Below, piece after piece: positions 59,515-64,000 of a stretch of DNA of 64,000 nucleotides (the stretch's first letter is position 1; each line of letters starts with the position of its first letter). The position numbers and the translations under genes are program-made. The notes under the pieces are model-generated. The model was given only the letters and a program-made list of their open reading frames with translations. It was not told the DNA's origin and did not search any database. The stretch lies in the NCBI GenBank assembly GCA_030390025.1, contig CM059431.1:153328001-153392000 (forward strand). Reading direction: 5' to 3'. The DNA comes from Squalus acanthias (Eukaryota).

Positions 59515-61275
59515 TCACGTTCTGTATCGTGACATGAACCCGATATCGCGATTGAGGCCATCCTCATGAGTGCGGAACTTGGCTATCAGTTTCTGCTCTA
59601 TGATTTTGCACTGTCGTGTATCTCGAAGGCCGCCTTGGAGAACGCTTAACCGCATATCCGAGGCTGAATGCCCCTGGCTGCTGAAGTGTTCCCCGACTGG
59701 GAGGCAACCCCCCTGCCTGGCGATTGTTGCACGGTGTCCGTTCATACGTTGTCTCAGTGTCTGCATGGTCTCGCCGATGTACCATGCTCTGGAGCATCCT
59801 TTACTGCAACGTATCAGGTAGACAACGTTGGCCGAGTCAGATGAGTATGTACCGTGTACCTGGTGGGTACATTCCTCACGTGTGATGATGGTATCTGTGT
59901 CCATGATTTGGCATGTCTTGCAGAGGTTGCCGTGGTAGGGTTGTGTGGTGTCTTGGTTGCTGTTCGCCTGAAAGATGGGTAATCTGCTGCGAACGATGGT
60001 ACTTTTGAGGTTAGGCGGCTGCTTGAAGGCGAGTAGTGGAGGCGTGGGGATGGCCTTAGCAAGGTGTTCGTCGTCATCGATGACATGTTGAAGGATGCGA
60101 AGAACATGGCGTAGTTTTTCCGCTCCGGGGAAGTACTGGACGACGTAGGGTACTCTGTTGGTTGTGTCCCGTGTTCGTCTTCTGAGGAGGTCTATGCGGT
60201 TTTTCGCTGTGGCCCGTCGGAACTGTCGATCGAAGAGTCGAGCGTCATATCCCGTTCTTACGAGGGCGTCTTTCAGTGTCCGTAGGTGTCCATCGCGTTC
60301 CTCCTCGTCTGAGCAGATCCTGTGTATTCGCAGGGCTTGTCCATAGGGGATGGCTTCTTTAACGTGGTTAGGGTGGAAGCTGGAGAAGTGGAGCATCGTG
60401 AGGTTGTCTGTGGGCTTGCGGTAGAGTGAAGTGCTGAGGCGTCCGTCTTTGATGGAGATTCGTGTGTCCAAGAATGAAACCGATTCTGAGGAGTAGTCCA
60501 TGGTGAGTTTGATGGTGGGATGGAACCTGTTGATGCTATCGTGTAGTCCTTTCAGTGATCCTTCGCCGTGGGTCCAAAGGAAGAAGATGTCGTCGATGTA
60601 TTTGGTGTACAGCGTTGTTTGGAGGTCCTGTGCAGCGAAGAAGTCTTGCTCGAACTTGTGCATGAAGATGTTGGCATATTGGGGTGCGAATTTGGTCCCC
60701 ATGGCTGTTCCGTGTGTTTGGGTAAAAAAATGGTTGTCGAAGGTGAAGACATTGTGGTCAAGGATGAAGCGGATGAGTTGTAGGATGGCGTCCGGAGATT
60801 GGCTGTTGTTGGTGTTGAGTACTGAGGCTGTCGCAGCGATGCCGTCATTGTGGGGGATATTGGTGTAGAGTGCCGATACGTCCATTGTGACGAGGAGTGT
60901 TCCTGGTTCAACTGGTCCATGGGTGCTGAGTTTCTGCAAGAAGTCTGTAGTGTCGGGACAGAAGCTGGGGGTTTCCTGTACGATAGGTTTCAGGATGCCC
61001 TCGACGTACCCAGAGAGGTTCTCACACAGGGTTCCGTTGCCTGATACGATAGGACGTCCGGGTGTGTTGGCTTTGTGTATCTTTGGGAGGCAGTAAAAGT
61101 CTCCTAAGCGGGTAGTACGTGGGATGAGAGCGCGTAGGATGTTTTGAAGGTCTGGATCGAAGGTCTTGATCAGTCTATTGAGTTGGCAGGTGTGTTCTTT
61201 GGTCGGATCTGCGGGTAGCTGTCTGTAGTGTTCCTGGTTGTCCAGTTGTCGGTATGCTTCTTTGCAATAGTCCAT
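59515..61275 (-). CDS. Penelope RT + GIY-YIG endonuclease (586 aa open, N-terminus truncated)
   Basis: FYCLPKIHK..GRPIVS, MDVSALYTNIP, GTAMG, YIDD, FLD and YRKPT, then CKTC, NVVYLIRC..WYIGET..RMNGH, EHF, EQKLI and GLN. Confidence 0.92.
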   Translation of the reverse strand: MDYCKEAYRQLDNQEHYRQLPADPTKEHTCQLNRLIKTFDPDLQNILRALIPRTTRLGDFYCLPKIHKANTPGRPIVSGNGTLCENLSGYVEGILKPIVQETPSFCPDTTDFLQKLSTHGPVEPGTLLVTMDVSALYTNIPHNDGIAATASVLNTNNSQSPDAILQLIRFILDHNVFTFDNHFFTQTHGTAMGTKFAPQYANIFMHKFEQDFFAAQDLQTTLYTKYIDDIFFLWTHGEGSLKGLHDSINRFHPTIKLTMDYSSESVSFLDTRISIKDGRLSTSLYRKPTDNLTMLHFSSFHPNHVKEAIPYGQALRIHRICSDEEERDGHLRTLKDALVRTGYDARLFDRQFRRATAKNRIDLLRRRTRDTTNRVPYVVQYFPGAEKLRHVLRILQHVIDDDEHLAKAIPTPPLLAFKQPPNLKSTIVRSRLPIFQANSNQDTTQPYHGNLCKTCQIMDTDTIITREECTHQVHGTYSSDSANVVYLIRCSKGCSRAWYIGETMQTLRQRMNGHRATIARQGGCLPVGEHFSSQGHSASDMRLSVLQGGLRDTRQCKIIEQKLIAKFRTHEDGLNRDIGFMSRYRT

Positions 61276-62734
61276 TCTGTTCTGTATGACGATGGCTCCT
61301 CCACCTCCACATCATGACCATTTTAATGAGAGAGTCTCTCCACCGGGGAACATTAACATGGAAGTCTCACCATCAGGAACCTCTTTTAAAGAGGGAGTCT
61401 CACCTAAAGGGATCCCTTTTAAAGAGTGAGTCTCACCATCAGGGATCCCCTTTAAAGAGTAAGTCTTATCATCTTTTATCCCTTTTAAAGAGGGAGTCTC
61501 ACCATCAGGGATTCTTTTAAAGAGGGAGGCTTTCTATCAGGGAGCTATTTTAAAGAGAGCCTTACAATCAGGGTTATCTTTTAATGAAGGAGTCTTTCTG
61601 TCAGGGAGCACTTTTAAAGAGGGAGTCTCACAATCAGAGACCCAATTTAAAGACACAGTCGCACCATCAGGGACCCCTTTAAAGTGGGTCTATCCCTTTC
61701 ATGGACACATTTTAATGAGAAAGTATCTCAACCAGGGACACCTTTTAAGGAGGGTGTCAACCATCAGGGACCATATTTAAAGAGCGAGTCTCACAATCAC
61801 GGATCACTTTTACAGATGGAGTCTCATCATCAGGGATCCATTTAAAGAGGGAGCCTTTCTCTCAGGGAGCCCTTTTAAAGAGGGAGTTTCAGCATCAGGG
61901 ATCCCTTTTTAAGAGTGAGTCATAGCAGCTGGAGCCCTTTTAAAGATTGAGTCTCACCATCAGGGATCGCTTTTAAAGAGTTGAGTCTTTCTATCCGGGA
62001 GCCCTTTTAAAGAGGGAGTCTCACCATCAGAGACCCCTTTTAAAGAGAGAGAATCTCCCCATTAGGGATCACTTTCAAAGATGGAGTCTCACCGACAGAG
62101 ACCCTTTTAAAGAGGGTGTGTCATCATCAGGGTCTCCATTTAAAGAGTGAGACTCACCATCAGGGACCCCTTGTAAAGAGGGAGTCTTTATATCAGGGAC
62201 ACCTTTTAATGAGGGAGTCTCAGCATCAGGGACCCTTTTAAGGGGGAATCTTTCTCTCAGGGAGCCCTTGAAAGATGGATTATTTCTATCAGGGAGCTAC
62301 TTTAATTTGAGCCTTACCATCAGGGATCCCTTTTAAAGAGGGAGTCTCACAATCAGAGACCGTTTTAAAGAGGGAGTCTTTCTCTCAGGGAGGCATTTTA
62401 AAGAGGGAGTCTCACCATCAGGGCCCACTTTTAAAGAGAGAGAATCTCCCCATTAGGGATCCCTTTCAAAGAGGGAGTCTCACCGGCAGAGACCCTTTTC
62501 AAGAGAGTGAGTCATCATCGGGGTCTCCTTTTAAATAGTGAGACTCACCATCAGGGACCCCTTGTAAAGCGGGAGTCTTTCTATCAGGGACCCCTTTTAA
62601 AGAGGGAGTCTCAGAATCAGGGACCCCTTTTAAAGAGAGAATATCCCCATTAGGGATCCCTTTTAAAGACAATGTCGCAGCATCTTTGACACAATTTAAA
62701 GTGGGTGGATCACCCTCAGGTACTCATTATAACT

Positions 62735-63977
62735 TTATTATTCTCAAAACTTAACTTCGTTACATTTCCACACTTCTACTTATTTCTTAATCCATAATAT
62801 CCACCAAAATCAAATACCTTGATTACCCGAGACTCAAAAGTTGTAAACTTACAGAGAATGTCTGTGAAGTTGAGAAACGCTTGTCTTCCCAGTGACTTTT
62901 GACTTTTCTGTTTGAAAAGATCTATTTTTATATCTTTTTTGGGTGGTTTATCCTTTGCAGTTGTCCTGATGATGTAAGCTTAATTGTATTAAGTTATGTC
63001 TTTGGTGACTTTGTTCTATTCTTTATTGATATCTCTGTTGAATGCTTTCTGTCTTTACTCTCAATTTAGATATTGCATGCATAATTATGTCTGTACCTTA
63101 AAGGTTTCAAAAACCGTCATATAAACAAGAACAGCAATGGTTTCTCTTTGACGCAATTCTTATCAAAGTCTTTCTACTGATTTTCTAATACTACTTTAAC
63201 TGGTTATTATCAGGCGTTGTGCCTCCGTGGTATTCCATTTTCAATACAAGATCAATGTGATTGCTTGGTGTATCCATTGAAGTACTATTTTCAAAGTCGT
63301 CATGTTTGTGTACCGTTTACAACTTGTAAATTAAAACCACTTTATCTAGGGTGTTCCATACATTTCTTATTTACATCAATTGTTTTTTATCAGACAATGT
63401 GACTCCATCCTCAAGCTTAGCATTAAAACTATTTGTTCAGCAGGCGTTTCTTTTACTTGATGTCATTTCTTCAAATCCTTCTGTATGTATTATATTTACA
63501 ATATTTAAATTGAAAACACTTTAACTCAGTGTTTACTTGTTTTCTCGCGATGTGAATTGGTTGCATATTTAATCGTGTTTCCTGTTTCTAAGTTTAACAT
63601 AAAACTATTTTACGACAGGTATTTCTTACTTGATGTCATTTTTTCAAATGCACTTGTTTTTTTTAATGTCTGTGCACCTGTTCGAAGTCTTAGATTATAA
63701 CACTTTACTTGTTTTTCTCCCAAACTCAAGACATAGAGGAACCTCCCAATGGTTTGCTTCAATAGGGCATTGCCTTTGTCTCTATCCCATTCCCATATCA
63801 AAGTTTGTGTTTACAGCTTTGTGTTAACAAACCATCTTATCTCATAAGCCTGTATTCTGTTTGCAGCCTGTGTCTGCTAAGGCTTATGAATTTAAACCCA
63901 GTATGTCATTTATTAATAATTTCAGAAATCTGTTTTTATTATCGTATATTATTCTGAATCCTGGCTATTACGTCACA
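62735..63977 (-). mobile_element. Foamy-family LTR lacking U5 and part of R
   Basis: Starts at TTATTCTCAAAACTTAACTTCG (compare ~24226, ~45820) and ends GGCTATTACGTCACA. TATAAAA (minus) at ~62926-62932. U3 most resembles 19745-20560. Confidence 0.87.
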
Positions 63978-64000
63978 AGAATCTTACCATCAGGGACCTC
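63978..64000 (-). repeat. Inverted 33-bp satellite resumes
   Basis: AGAATCTTACCATCAGGGACCTC is a partial reverse-orientation monomer. Confidence 0.75.

Larger units (their letters stand above)
59204..61317 (-). mobile_element. Penelope-like retroelement, 5'-truncated
   Basis: RT+GIY-YIG ORF, then a 3' region with a hammerhead-like motif and AATAAA (59244-59249, minus). CCATTTTAATGA flanks both sides (59192-59203/61318-61329) as a possible TSD. Confidence 0.92.
46814..62732 (-). repeat. 33-bp satellite, inverted orientation (with CR1 and Penelope insertions)
   Basis: Monomer TTTTAAAGAGGGAGTCTCACCATCAGGGACCCC is the reverse complement of the monomer in the left-hand blocks. Confidence 0.97.

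Noticed and set aside
46814..62732. CRISPR-like array (palindromic repeat plus variable segment)
   Set aside because: The variable parts are ~11 bp, homologous to one another and recurrent. The repeats are degenerate, no cas genes are present, and the context is vertebrate.

Overview
Eukaryotic repeat DNA with no host gene. The mix of CR1 LINEs and a V-SINE sharing their 3' tail points to a cartilaginous fish (shark/ray; inference). The backbone is a degenerate 33-bp tandem satellite (consensus ~GGGGTCCCTGATGGTGAGACTCCCTCTTTAAAA), in + orientation over ~1.2-23.8 kb and inverted over ~46.8-64 kb. At the polarity switch lies a decayed endogenous foamy-virus (spumavirus)-like provirus on the minus strand (23803-46813). 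It has ~1.4-kb LTRs, a tRNA-Lys PBS, foamy-type gag and PR-RT(YVDD)-RNaseH-IN, and env is almost entirely lost. Three more LTRs or LTR pieces of the same family sit in the satellite. Four of the six intact LTR/satellite junctions use the same AGAC of the monomer, hinting at satellite-targeted integration. The provirus is heavily nested. It contains a near full-length CR1 carrying an unrelated solo LTR, and a two-gene PIF/Harbinger transposon with an open transposase and a spliced Myb/SANT gene broken by a CR1 that is itself broken by another CR1. The satellite also holds a non-autonomous derivative of that Harbinger, other CR1s, a SINE, and a Penelope element with an open RT+GIY-YIG ORF and a hammerhead-like motif. 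All homology calls were made by eye from motifs; no searches were run.
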